64,000 nucleotides of DNA, from NCBI GenBank assembly GCA_050115495.1, contig JASFQK010000013.1, positions 1-64,000 of the forward strand, in the 5' to 3' direction. The notes under the pieces were generated by a model. That model ran no database searches and had not been told where the DNA came from. It saw only the letters and a list, made by a program, of their open reading frames with translations. The position numbers and the translations under genes were made by a program. This stretch comes from Phycisphaerae bacterium (GTDB lineage: Bacteria > Planctomycetota > Phycisphaerae > UBA1845 > Fen-1342). How positions within the stretch are numbered: position 1 is the stretch's first letter; each line of letters starts with the position of its first letter. Below, piece by piece: positions 29,590 through 38,635 of this stretch.

Positions 29590-31098
29590 TTATGGCGGGC
29601 ACCGTACGTGCAGGTCTACCTCCGGGAAGCGCGCGAAGCGCTCGGCCGGGTCGGTCGTGCCTCGTTCCCCCAGGTGGTGGTCGAGAAACGCCAGCACGCA
29701 CTGGTTGACGATCGTCTGGCAGCGTTGGTTAGAGATCGTGCCCGCCGGAGCGGCCAGTCGAAAGATGCTCGTGCGCGGATAGAGACAGATATCGGAGTAG
29801 CTGAGGTGGCCCGTGCCCGCAATGACGGCCAGGTACGCCGGTCCTTCAGCATGCTCGAACAGCGGCAGGTTGGGCGTCGGGTTCACGGCCCCGGCGTTGT
29901 CGTGGTGGAAGAATAGGAACGGTACCGACAGCGGTCGGTCGAGCGCATCGCCCATCTGCAACCCGTCGAAGTTGATCCCTACCTTGCAGCGCGGATCGTC
30001 GAGGCAGGCTTGCCCGGTCGCCGCACCGCCGAACGAATGGCCCATTACGCCAACGCGGTCCAGGTTGAGCCGTCCGCTGAAGCGTCCGCTGCCGCGGTTG
30101 CAGCGCTCCAGTTCGTCGAGCACGGCCCGGATATCCGCCACCCAGATGTGCAGGCTCTCCACCGCGTGCGGACGCTGGTGCATCAGCTCGCGGATCAGCT
30201 CCTCCAGCCGCGCTGTGTCGCGCGTCATCGTCAATTGCCGCTCGATGTCGTAGGCCTCACGCCGCTCCACGCCGCGTTTTGCGAACTCTGCGTTGTGCGG
30301 ATCGAAGGACTGCACGGTCCCATCGTCGCGCACGATGTACGGCGTTTCGAAGGCATGCCCGATGCTGACGGCGACGTAACCGTGACTGGCCAGCTCTTCC
30401 ATCAGGGCAGTGCTTTGCGAGAGCGTGCCCCAATACGCATGGTTGAACACCACGACCGGGAAGGGGGCGTCCGTCTCCAGCACGGGGGCGCCGCGGTAGG
30501 CGTGCGTTCGCACGCGTCCCAGGTGAGCGAACAGGAACGATGGGAAGGGCGTGAAGCGCGTCAGGGCCCCGGAGACCTCCGCGGCGTTCTCCATGTAAGC
30601 CGCCGGCACACTGCCGGCGATCGGGTCGGCGGGATACCAGATCCGAGCCGCGATTTCCCGGAAGTCGTCGGGGGCCGGCGTAAACGTCTCGGGGCGATCC
30701 CGGCACACGATGAACAGGTCGGTCACACCAATCCGGTACGGCCCCGTGGGCTGCGGCAGATGGAGATGCGGGAACAGCGTCGGTACGGCGGCCGCCACGA
30801 CGACGGCCAGCAGCCATGCGCATCCGCACAGGAGCCGCCGCCAGAGCTTGGTCGGCACGGCTTTCTGCGCGGTCGTGGACCGCTTTCGTAGCGAACCCCA
30901 CAACGTCGTCAGGGTCAGCAGGCCCACCAGGGTATACGTCGGCACCATCGGCCAGCGATCGCGCTCGATGGCGAGATGGGCGCCGAGAACGAGCAAAGCC
31001 ACCACAACGGCGGCGCGACGCCAGCCTCCCGACTTGGCCAGAGGTACGAACCAGGTGACCGAGACGAGCGCCAGGAGGACGATTAGCAGGGATTCCAT
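29590..31098 (-). CDS. Membrane-anchored alpha/beta hydrolase (PAF-acetylhydrolase-like)
   Basis: N-terminal TMs; LPQPTGPYRIG, IWYPA, EELASHGY, nucleophile GHSFGG, GTGHLSYSD. Confidence 0.88.
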   Translation of the reverse strand: MESLLIVLLALVSVTWFVPLAKSGGWRRAAVVVALLVLGAHLAIERDRWPMVPTYTLVGLLTLTTLWGSLRKRSTTAQKAVPTKLWRRLLCGCAWLLAVVVAAAVPTLFPHLHLPQPTGPYRIGVTDLFIVCRDRPETFTPAPDDFREIAARIWYPADPIAGSVPAAYMENAAEVSGALTRFTPFPSFLFAHLGRVRTHAYRGAPVLETDAPFPVVVFNHAYWGTLSQSTALMEELASHGYVAVSIGHAFETPYIVRDDGTVQSFDPHNAEFAKRGVERREAYDIERQLTMTRDTARLEELIRELMHQRPHAVESLHIWVADIRAVLDELERCNRGSGRFSGRLNLDRVGVMGHSFGGAATGQACLDDPRCKVGINFDGLQMGDALDRPLSVPFLFFHHDNAGAVNPTPNLPLFEHAEGPAYLAVIAGTGHLSYSDICLYPRTSIFRLAAPAGTISNQRCQTIVNQCVLAFLDHHLGERGTTDPAERFARFPEVDLHVRCPP

Positions 31099-31311
31099 GG
31101 GTCTCAACGCGACACCCACCTTCATCGAAGCGCCGGGCGACGAGCGGGACGCTCCGGCAACGGACTCGGGACGTGCGCGACCAGGATCGCGAACACGAGC
31201 GTCGTCTCTCGGCGACGCCGGTTCGACGCATGCGCCTTTGTTCAGGATGACCAAGACGAGGACAGGCGCCTATTACAGTTCGTGGCGGGGTTTGGAACGG
31301 CTGCGTTGCCG

Positions 31312-31635
31312 TCAGGCGATCGCCGAGAGCAGCGCTGAGAGTGTCTTGAGGTAGGCTTCGAGGGCGGTGCGGCCGGTTTTCGTGAGCATCAGCGTGGTCT
31401 TTGGGCGGGCGTCCTCGAAGCTCTTCTTGATGGTGATGTAACCCGCCTCCTCCAGCTTCCGCAGATGCGAGGAGAGGTTGCCGCCGGTCATGCCCGTCTG
31501 GCTCTGGAGAAAGACGAAGTCTGCCTGCTGGACGACCGCCAGACAGGCCACGACACTGAGCCGCGCGGGCTCGTGCAGGACTTTGTCGAGCGACGCGATG
31601 TCTCGCGCGTTGACCTCGGTGGCACGCCGGCGCAT
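31312..31635 (-). CDS. Winged-helix transcriptional regulator (MarR/ArsR-like)
   Basis: LDKVLHEPARL, TGGNLSSHLRKLEEAGYI, LTKTGR. Start overlaps the stop of the upstream membrane gene. Confidence 0.9.
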   Translation of the reverse strand: MRRRATEVNARDIASLDKVLHEPARLSVVACLAVVQQADFVFLQSQTGMTGGNLSSHLRKLEEAGYITIKKSFEDARPKTTLMLTKTGRTALEAYLKTLSALLSAIA

Positions 31636-32234
31636 CAGCCCTCCGCTTCGCTTGGTAACCGGGGGAATTCACGCAGGAACGTGACGAGCATAATCACGCC
31701 CCAGGCCGCGACCGCCGCTCCGCCGGCCACAAGGCCCCACCACGGCTCCATCTCGGCGGTGGCGAGCGCGAGCCCGACGGCGGCGAAGAGGATGCCGTAG
31801 ACGAGGAATCGCCACAGACCCAACGCCGCGGCACACGACAGCGACATGGCGGCGAGAATCGTGACCGGGATCGCCGGCGCGAACCACGTCGCCAGCGGTG
31901 AATCCGTCCGCTTGAGCCACACGCGCGTCACCAGGTTCCCGCCGACGACGAGCCCGAGAGAGAGAATCGCGATGAGGCCGTGCCTTAACTGATGCAGTCT
32001 CCGGGCGGAGAATACGACCGAGCCCAGGCGTGGCTCCGTGATCCGGTGCCGCGCACTCTGCCATACGATGATGCCGACAATCGGCATGGCCAGCATGGGG
32101 ATCAGCACGCCGCAGGACCACCCGACGCCGATGAGGACGATCGTCGTCCCGGCCACGATGTCCAGCAGTCCATCCTGCCAGAAGGCGCGGAAGATGCGTT
32201 TCTCTGTTGCGGCGAGGTTCGGTCCTCTGAACAT
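31635..32234 (-). CDS. Hypothetical membrane protein
   Basis: QDGLLDI and RITEPRLGSV motifs, ~6 TM segments, AGGAGG RBS. Confidence 0.75.
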   Translation of the reverse strand: MFRGPNLAATEKRIFRAFWQDGLLDIVAGTTIVLIGVGWSCGVLIPMLAMPIVGIIVWQSARHRITEPRLGSVVFSARRLHQLRHGLIAILSLGLVVGGNLVTRVWLKRTDSPLATWFAPAIPVTILAAMSLSCAAALGLWRFLVYGILFAAVGLALATAEMEPWWGLVAGGAAVAAWGVIMLVTFLREFPRLPSEAEG

Positions 32235-32447
32235 GACCACCTCCTGCACCTGCCGGCCGAGCCTTCTCCGTCTCAGTCGGAGCCGCTGCGGCAGGTGTGC
32301 GTCGCAGGTTAGTCTGTGTCGCAAATATATCATCGGTGCAAACCGGCGTCAACTTGTTTCTTCTGTGGGATTCTGTATCCGTTACGGGCCCGGTTGCTGC
32401 GGGGGTGGCGGGGCGTCGGCGACGAGGTTTCGGATCGGGCCGGCGGC

Positions 32448-33311
32448 CTATTGCCAACAGCGGGCGTGGTCGGCGGCGAATTGCTCGAAGCGATTCGCCG
32501 GTCGGCTGAGAAGCTGTGCGGCGTCCGCGCTAACCGGCTCGCAGGCGCCCATGCGCACGAGGCGATACATCGCCAGGAGCCGCTCGATGTGGCGGTCGGT
32601 GAAGCCCGCCGAGCGGAGCACGTTACGCGTCGTGTCATCGTCGATCGGCAGGTATTGGACGTCGTGCCCGATCGCGCGGGTGATGGCGGCGGCCACCTCG
32701 TGATAGTCGATCGCCTCGGGGCCGGTCAGCGTGTAGGAGCGGTTCTGGTGCGATGGCGCGTCGAGCAGCACACGGGCGGCGACGGCGGCGACGTCCCGGG
32801 CGTCGATGAACGAGAGCCGGGCGTCCGCCGCGGGCAGGGCAATACGACGGGCGTCTCGTATGGCCTGGCACAGCGAGCCGGTGGAGTGGACCTGCATGAA
32901 GAAGTTCGGGCGGAGGTGGGTAAACGGAATTCCCGACGTCTCGATCAACAGCTCGACCTTGCGCAGCGAGAAATCGGGCCGCTCCGGCGTGCCCATCGCC
33001 GAGAGGTGCACGACGTGCTGCACACCCGCGGATCGCATGGCCTCGATGAAGGGACCGGCGAACTTGTCGGCGTCGTCGTCCCCGGGAAGCGAGATCATGA
33101 AAACGCGGTCGATGCCGTCGAGTGCGCCAGCGGAGCTCTCCGGTCGTTCGAGGTCGAATTCGACCCAATGCGCCGCGGTACCGACGATGTCCATGGCCCG
33201 CCGCGGATCACGCGTGGCGCCGCGCACGGCGACATCGTGCACGCTCAGTTCGCCCAATAGCAGACGGCCAACTGTCCCGGTCGCACCCAGCACGAGTGTT
33301 CTGTTCGTCAC
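32448..33311 (-). CDS. NmrA-like NAD(P)-binding protein (atypical SDR)
   Basis: LVLGATGTVG, LRPNFFMQ, FIDARDVA, LTGPEA. Confidence 0.9.
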   Translation of the reverse strand: MTNRTLVLGATGTVGRLLLGELSVHDVAVRGATRDPRRAMDIVGTAAHWVEFDLERPESSAGALDGIDRVFMISLPGDDDADKFAGPFIEAMRSAGVQHVVHLSAMGTPERPDFSLRKVELLIETSGIPFTHLRPNFFMQVHSTGSLCQAIRDARRIALPAADARLSFIDARDVAAVAARVLLDAPSHQNRSYTLTGPEAIDYHEVAAAITRAIGHDVQYLPIDDDTTRNVLRSAGFTDRHIERLLAMYRLVRMGACEPVSADAAQLLSRPANRFEQFAADHARCWQ

Positions 33312-33333
33312 GTCCGTTCCTCTCGCAAGGCGT

Positions 33334-33957
33334 CTAGTCGGCGGACGCCTCGAACACCGCCCGCAGTCCGGTCAGGTGATACCGAGTGAGCATCGCCAGC
33401 GCTTCGCGAATGTCCCGCTCGCGTCTGAACTTCAGGAGGATCGCCGACGCCGCCCGAATGAAATTGCGGTACGTCAGGTCGAGGCACACGCGGTGCGCCC
33501 GGGTGAGCACCAACTCCGGTGAGACTGAACGGAAATGCTCCAGCGCCAGTGACTTTAGCAGGCTGACCACCTTCTCCGGCACATCCGCCAGCGGGCTACC
33601 CGCGACACCGCTGGTCAGGATGATCATGCGCAGCCGATTGCGGGCGGAGAAGTCGAGCAACTCGGCGGAGATGCGCTGGTATGCCGCGCCCGCCGGCAAC
33701 GAGCGGATGTCGTCCACACCGTCCAGGGCGCGGACCTTCCTCGTCATCAGGTCGAACAGCTCGCGCACGAACGAATCCGGCACCACTTCGGCGAGCAGGT
33801 CTTCCTTGCTCCGAAAGTACCGATAGAGATTGCCGGTCGCGATGCCCGCCTCTGCCGCGATTTCAGCGATCGTGGCCTTCTGGTAGCCATGCCGGGCAAA
33901 CAGCCGGAGGGCGGCGGCGACGATTCGCTCGCGGATCTCATCCTTCAGCCGCTGCAC
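33334..33957 (-). CDS. TetR/AcrR family transcriptional regulator
   Basis: RERIVAAALRLFARHGY..TIAEIAAEAGIATGNLYRYFRSKEDL. Confidence 0.92.
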   Translation of the reverse strand: MQRLKDEIRERIVAAALRLFARHGYQKATIAEIAAEAGIATGNLYRYFRSKEDLLAEVVPDSFVRELFDLMTRKVRALDGVDDIRSLPAGAAYQRISAELLDFSARNRLRMIILTSGVAGSPLADVPEKVVSLLKSLALEHFRSVSPELVLTRAHRVCLDLTYRNFIRAASAILLKFRRERDIREALAMLTRYHLTGLRAVFEASAD

Positions 33958-33984
33958 CGCCGAGTTCCTCCGCCCCGCTCAATA

Positions 33985-34001
33985 GCGAATTTATCATTCA
34001 C
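33985..34001. promoter_or_regulatory. Candidate TetR operator
   Basis: Imperfect palindrome GCGAAT-N5-ATTCAC in the AT-rich tract just upstream of the TetR gene. Confidence 0.45.
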
Positions 34002-34164
34002 TTTTGGAGACGATATCGCCTGCGGGCCGGGTCGTCAAGGGATTTCCCCTTCCGACGGGGCCCGGCCCGCGTCGCCTCGACCGCGCTTACCCGGCTGAAC
34101 TCGATCGAAATCGCCCTGTTGATTCTCGCGGCCTACTTCCACGATCAGGGCACGATTGTAGGCG

Positions 34165-34338
34165 CGTCGCTGATCCCGCTGACCGAGCCGGAGGTCCGGC
34201 GACTGCTGTTGACGATCATCTGGCCGCGGCTGACGAACATCGAACGGGCGCTTGTGTGGAGCGACTGGCGCCGCCACCACCAAGCTCTCGCCCGCGCAGC
34301 CCACTATCGCAGAAGAACCGATGCGCAGCTGTAGTACT
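34165..34338 (+). mobile_element. IS701-family transposase 3' remnant
   Basis: LIPLTEPEVRRLL...WSDWRRHHQALARAAHYRRR resembles IS701-family C-terminal tails, ending in CTGTAGTA. The rest of the element is absent. Confidence 0.65.
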
Positions 34339-34352
34339 CGGCGCGATCCGGT

Positions 34353-36151
34353 CTACGGCGCGAGTACGCGATACAGCTCGAAGGGCGCGGAGCCGTCCGT
34401 CTGGAGCGGCGAGCGGGCGACCGGCAGGAACCAGCCGGGGTGCAACTCCTGCAATTGCGCGAACGCGTTGGCGTATGGCAGCCGGTCGAGGGTGCGCAGC
34501 GGCACGACGTGCGTCGCGCCACTCTCACGCAGGAAGTCGAGCAGCCGGGCGCGCGTGAACAGCTCGATCGTGCGAAACCTGCCCGCCCACTCGCCGCGCC
34601 CACAGGCCCAGACTGGGCGCTCCGGGCCGTACGACGTGCGAATCTGCGTCGCGCCGTCAGTCGGCAACTGCGGCACGCACTTGCGACCCGTGCGCAGGTA
34701 CAGATACGAGTAGTGCGCGTTGCTGACGATGGCGTCGGGCGGCGTGTGGTCGCGGAGCAGCGCGACGATCGCCTCCTGCTGCGCGATCATGTGCTCGAAC
34801 TTGCGCTTGACGTCGCGGGCGCCGAGCGTGAACGGGCCGAGCGCAAGCAGTGCGAGCCCGGCGCCGACGAACGTTGTGAGTACGCGCGCGGTCGCGTGCC
34901 CCTCGCGCCGGCCGAAGCGCGCGAGGCGCGGGGCGTCGCCGGCTGAGCGGTGCTTCGGCCAACCGCCGAGCAGCGTCGCCAGTGCGACGTACAGACCCGC
35001 CAGCAGCCAACCGAATAGCAGCGGCGCCAGCACGACGAGGAACCGCAGCGGTTCGAACGGCCACGGCAGGATCAGCGCCAGATAGGCGGCGGCGTACAGA
35101 TGCGCGGCGGCGCCGCCGCGGCGCCAGGTGACGAGCGTGCCGAGCAGCATCACGCCGGCGATGAGCCCCGCCGGGACCAGCACGAGCGCTGTGCCGACCG
35201 GGACACGCTGCAACAGGCCGACGAGGGCGCCCTCGTTGACCGGCACGAGGATCAGCGCCAAGCTGAGCAGCAGATCGGGCGCGTTGACCCACGCAACCCA
35301 CAGGTGCGTCGTCCACGACGCGAGCCACGCCGAGTAATCCAGGTCATAGACGAGGGCGGCGTTCAGCGGATTGCACGCGTTGCGGGCCGCGGCCCACGTA
35401 CGCCAGGCCTGCCAGCCCGCGGCAGCGCACAGGAATCCGCCCAGGGCCGCCAACGTCAGGCCCCAGCGTCGCTTCAGGAGCAGCGCGAGCAGCAGCCCTC
35501 CGACGAGCGCGATCGCGACCGAGCGTGTGAGTACGGCGCCGCCCAGCAGCAAGGCCAGCAGGGCGATGTGCCACAGGCCGGTGCGACAGACCCGCGGCGC
35601 GGGGGCGTCGGGCTTCGCGGCGGACCGTGGCGCGGCACTCTGCGCGGCCAGCCACAGCGCGGGCATTGAGAGCGCCACGTACAGCGGCTCGGACATCGCC
35701 GTGCCGAGCACGCCGAGCGTCGCGAACGAGACGAAGCCCAGGACCACAGCCAGCAGGGCGAGCGGGCGCGGGAGGCGCCACGCGTCGCGCATCAGCCGGT
35801 ATGCGAACCAGGAACCGACGGTCCAGAGCGTGACGTTCAGCCAGCGCACGAGCACGATGTTCTGCGGGAAGCGCGCGTCGGCGCGCCAGATCAGCGATAG
35901 CAGGGCCGGATAGAGAACCGGGTACTTCGTCTGGTGCGGTTCGGCGGGAAACTGCATCAGGCGGTAGCCGTGGCGGCGAGGGCCCGGCCGGTCACCAGGT
36001 ACGCCGTGTCGTCCATCCACAGGCCCGCGATGCGCGGCGCCGCGTGTAGCAGCGCGCCGACGCCGACCGCCACGAGCGCGAGCATCGCCAGCGCGGTCCA
36101 ATCCGGCCGCGGGGCGGGCGAGGGAGGGATGTTACCTGGCGTGCTCGACAA
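34353..36151 (-). pseudogene. GT-C-like (ArnT/PMT-type) membrane glycosyltransferase, frameshifted near 35970
   Basis: N-terminus ...WMDDTAYLVTGRALAA is in one frame (35957-36151); HGYRL...TKYPVLYPALL, MSEPLY, RSVAIAL, PLRFLV follow in another frame. Confidence 0.7.
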
Positions 36152-36235
36152 TGCGGGAGTCCACGTCGCGTCGCCCAGACTGGCCGCCGCGGATCACGCG
36201 GGCATCATAGCGGCGCGGCCGCGGGCCAACAGGAA

Positions 36236-36264
36236 ACCCCGGCGGCCTTGCGGCCGCCGGGGGT
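36236..36264 (-). terminator. Terminator hairpin after PEP-CTERM gene 1 (duplicate at 37572-37600)
   Basis: CCCCGGCGGCC-GCAA-GGCCGCCGGGG followed by TTTCCTGTT on the minus strand. Confidence 0.75.
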
Positions 36265-36295
36265 GTTTGGGCAAAGCGATACCAAGGCGATGAAA

Positions 36296-37048
36296 CTACC
36301 GACGGCGAATCAGCAGCCCCGCCATGCCGAGCAGCAGGAGGCTGCCCGGTTCGGGCGTCACGCCGATGGCAAATGAGAGCATGTTGTACGTCGCCGTCGA
36401 GAACGAGTACCAGCCCGGGCCGTTCGGGAACACGGTGGAGTCCGTGCCACTCCAGTACCATTCGTCGCGGTCGCTGGAGCCGATGTTCGGGGGATAGCGG
36501 GTCAGCGCGCCGACTCCGACCGCATTCCCCTCGTAGGCCGTGATCTGCTCGGTCACGAAGAGGTGGTCGTGGCCCGTGAGGTCGATCGTGAAGGCCTGGT
36601 CGATGTCGCTTAACGTGACGCGAGCGGTGTGGCCGCCCAAAACCGCCCCCGTGGTCGCCAGGCTGAAGCCGCCAATGTAGTCGCGGTTGTTGTAATCGTA
36701 GAAGTTGATATCGAAGGTGCAGTTGGCGATGACCTGGTTAAACATGGGGGAGGGGTTGCAGACGAAGAAGCTGAACGAGCGCAGCACACCCGTCCCTTCG
36801 GTCCGCACTTCGTCGCCCCAAAGGGACGTCACATCGTACGAGTTGACCGAGGCCACAGGCACGCCGTCGTCGCCGGTCATATTGTTGTTGTCGTAGATCC
36901 ACACGGGGTCGGCGCGCGTCCCATCGCCGGCGGCGAGCGACACATTCCACTCGTCCACGTTGTCGTACGACGGCGACAAGACGTCGCCGAACGCGAGCGC
37001 CGGCAGCATCAGTGCGGCGACTGCCAGAATCCCAGTGATCCTTCTCAT
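36296..37048 (-). CDS. PEP-CTERM sorting-domain exported protein (paralog 1)
   Basis: Signal peptide; C-terminal TPEPGSLLLLGMAGLLIRRR; GAGGAG RBS. Confidence 0.9.
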   Translation of the reverse strand: MRRITGILAVAALMLPALAFGDVLSPSYDNVDEWNVSLAAGDGTRADPVWIYDNNNMTGDDGVPVASVNSYDVTSLWGDEVRTEGTGVLRSFSFFVCNPSPMFNQVIANCTFDINFYDYNNRDYIGGFSLATTGAVLGGHTARVTLSDIDQAFTIDLTGHDHLFVTEQITAYEGNAVGVGALTRYPPNIGSSDRDEWYWSGTDSTVFPNGPGWYSFSTATYNMLSFAIGVTPEPGSLLLLGMAGLLIRRR

Positions 37049-37189
37049 CTTCGTCCTCCTCTACTCCTTAGAAGACGTGCGCACGGGTCAAAGTGCAGGA
37101 ACGCTCTGCATTCGGCTCTGAACCACTGCCTCGCACGTACCTACCTACTCGGCGCGCGGCCGACGGCCGCACTGCGCGAACCGAATCTC

Positions 37190-37218
37190 AGCATAGCAGC
37201 GGGCGCATTACTTGTCAA
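37190..37218 (-). promoter_or_regulatory. Sigma70-type promoter for PEP-CTERM paralog 1
   Basis: TTGACA-N17-TATGCT on the minus strand. Confidence 0.75.
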
Positions 37219-37272
37219 TATAATTCTCATTGAGCGTTGAAAGAGCATTTGCTTCTGCCTTGTTGAGAGTCT

Positions 37273-37338
37273 CGCAGGGAAAAGGGGACATTCAACGTTT
37301 TTGCTGAAGACAAAGTAGGATGTCCTCATTTCTTTGCG
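37273..37338. repeat. Imperfect inverted repeat (REP/MITE-like) at the duplication junction
   Basis: CGCAGGGAAAAGGGGACATTCAAC ... GTAGGATGTCCTCATTTCTTTGCG. Confidence 0.65.
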
Positions 37339-38614
37339 GTGTCGTCCATCCACAGGCCCGCGATGCGCGGCGCTGCGTGCAGCAGCGTGCCGACGCAAAC
37401 CGCCACGAGCGCGAGTATCGCCAGCGCGGTCCAAGCCGGCCGCGGGGCGGGCTAGGGGGTGATGTTACCTGGCGTGCTCGACAATGCGGGAGTCCACGTC
37501 GCGTCGCCCAGACTGGCCGCCGCCGGGGATCACGCGGGTATCATAGCGGCGCGGCCGCGGGCCAACAGGAAACCCCGGCGGCCTTGCGGCCGCCGGGGGT
37601 GTGTGGGCAAAGCGCACAGTAAGGCGATGAAACTACCGACGGCGAATCAGCAGACCCGCCATGCCGAGCAGCAGGAGGCTGCCCGGCTCGGGCGTCACGC
37701 CGATGGCAAACCCGAGCATGTTGTACGTTGCCGTCGAGAACGAGTACCAGCCCGGGCCGTCCGGGAACACGGTGGAGTCCGTGCCACTCCAGTACCACTC
37801 GTCCCGGTCGCTGGAGCCGATGTTCGGGGGATAGAAGGTCAGCGCGGCGACTCCGGCCGGATTATTCCCCTCGTAGGACGTGATCTGCCAAGTCACGAAG
37901 AGGTGATCGTGGGACGTGAGGTCGACCGTGAAGGTCTGGTCGATGTCGCTGATCGTGGCGCGACCGGCTTGGCCGCCCAAAATCGCCCACCCGGTCTCCT
38001 GGCTGAAGCCGCCAATGTAGTCACGGCTGTCGTAATCGTAGAAGTTAATTTCGAAGGTCGGGTTGGCGATGACTTGGTTGAGTTGGGGGGAGGGGTTGCC
38101 GATGTGGAAGCTGAACGAGCGCAGCACACCCGTCCCTTCGGTCCACACTTCGTCGCCCCAAAGGGACTTCACGTCGTACGACGCAATCGTACCCATCCAC
38201 GAGCCGCTGCTGCCGCAGGAATTGTTGTTGTCGTAGATCCACGCGGGCTCGGCGCGCGTCCCGCCGCCGGAAGCGGCCGACACATTCCACTCTTCGAACG
38301 TGTCGAGGTCGTACGACAGCGTCGCGACGTCGCCGAACGCGAGCGCCGGCAGCATCAGTGCGGCGACTGCCAGAATCCCAGTGATCCTTCTCATCTTCAT
38401 CCTCCTCTACTCCTTAGAAGACGTGCGCACGGGTCAAAGTGCAGGAACGCTCTGCATTCGGCTCTGAACCACTGCCTTGCACGTCCCTACCTACTCGGCA
38501 CGCGGCCGACGGCCGCGCCGCACAAGCCGAATTTCAGCATAGCAGCGTGCGCATTGCTCGTCAAGATAATTCTCATTGAGCTTTGAAAGATCATTTACTC
38601 TTGCTTTGTTGAGC
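37339..38614. repeat. Tandem segmental duplication, copy 2
   Basis: Matches 36006-37268. Confidence 0.9.
37633..38400 (-). CDS. PEP-CTERM sorting-domain exported protein (paralog 2)
   Basis: Signal peptide and TPEPGSLLLLGMAGLLIRRR tail identical to paralog 1. Confidence 0.9.
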   Translation of the reverse strand: MKMRRITGILAVAALMLPALAFGDVATLSYDLDTFEEWNVSAASGGGTRAEPAWIYDNNNSCGSSGSWMGTIASYDVKSLWGDEVWTEGTGVLRSFSFHIGNPSPQLNQVIANPTFEINFYDYDSRDYIGGFSQETGWAILGGQAGRATISDIDQTFTVDLTSHDHLFVTWQITSYEGNNPAGVAALTFYPPNIGSSDRDEWYWSGTDSTVFPDGPGWYSFSTATYNMLGFAIGVTPEPGSLLLLGMAGLLIRRR

Positions 38615-38628
38615 GCCCCGGTTATATT
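38536..38628. promoter_or_regulatory. Back-to-back divergent promoters with candidate operator (module 1)
   Basis: Minus strand TTGACG(38564-38559)-N17-TATGCT(38541-38536). Plus strand TTGCTT(38601)-N16-TATATT(38623-38628), then 7 nt to ATG 38636. Imperfect palindrome TGAGCTTT-G-AAAGATCA at 38577-38593. Confidence 0.7.
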
Positions 38629-38635
38629 GGAATGG

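Larger units (their letters stand above)
36006..37268. repeat. Tandem segmental duplication, copy 1
   Basis: Highly similar to 37339-38614: GT 5' end, terminator, PEP-CTERM gene, leader and promoter. Confidence 0.9.

Noticed and set aside
37049..37270. Sigma54 promoter for PEP-CTERM genes
   Set aside because: No TGGCAC-N5-TTGC motif was found; sigma70-type boxes are present instead.
36296..38400. Duplicated PEP-CTERM genes as a DGR TR/VR pair
   Set aside because: Differences are not adenine-restricted and include indels, both copies are full genes with promoters, and no RT is present.
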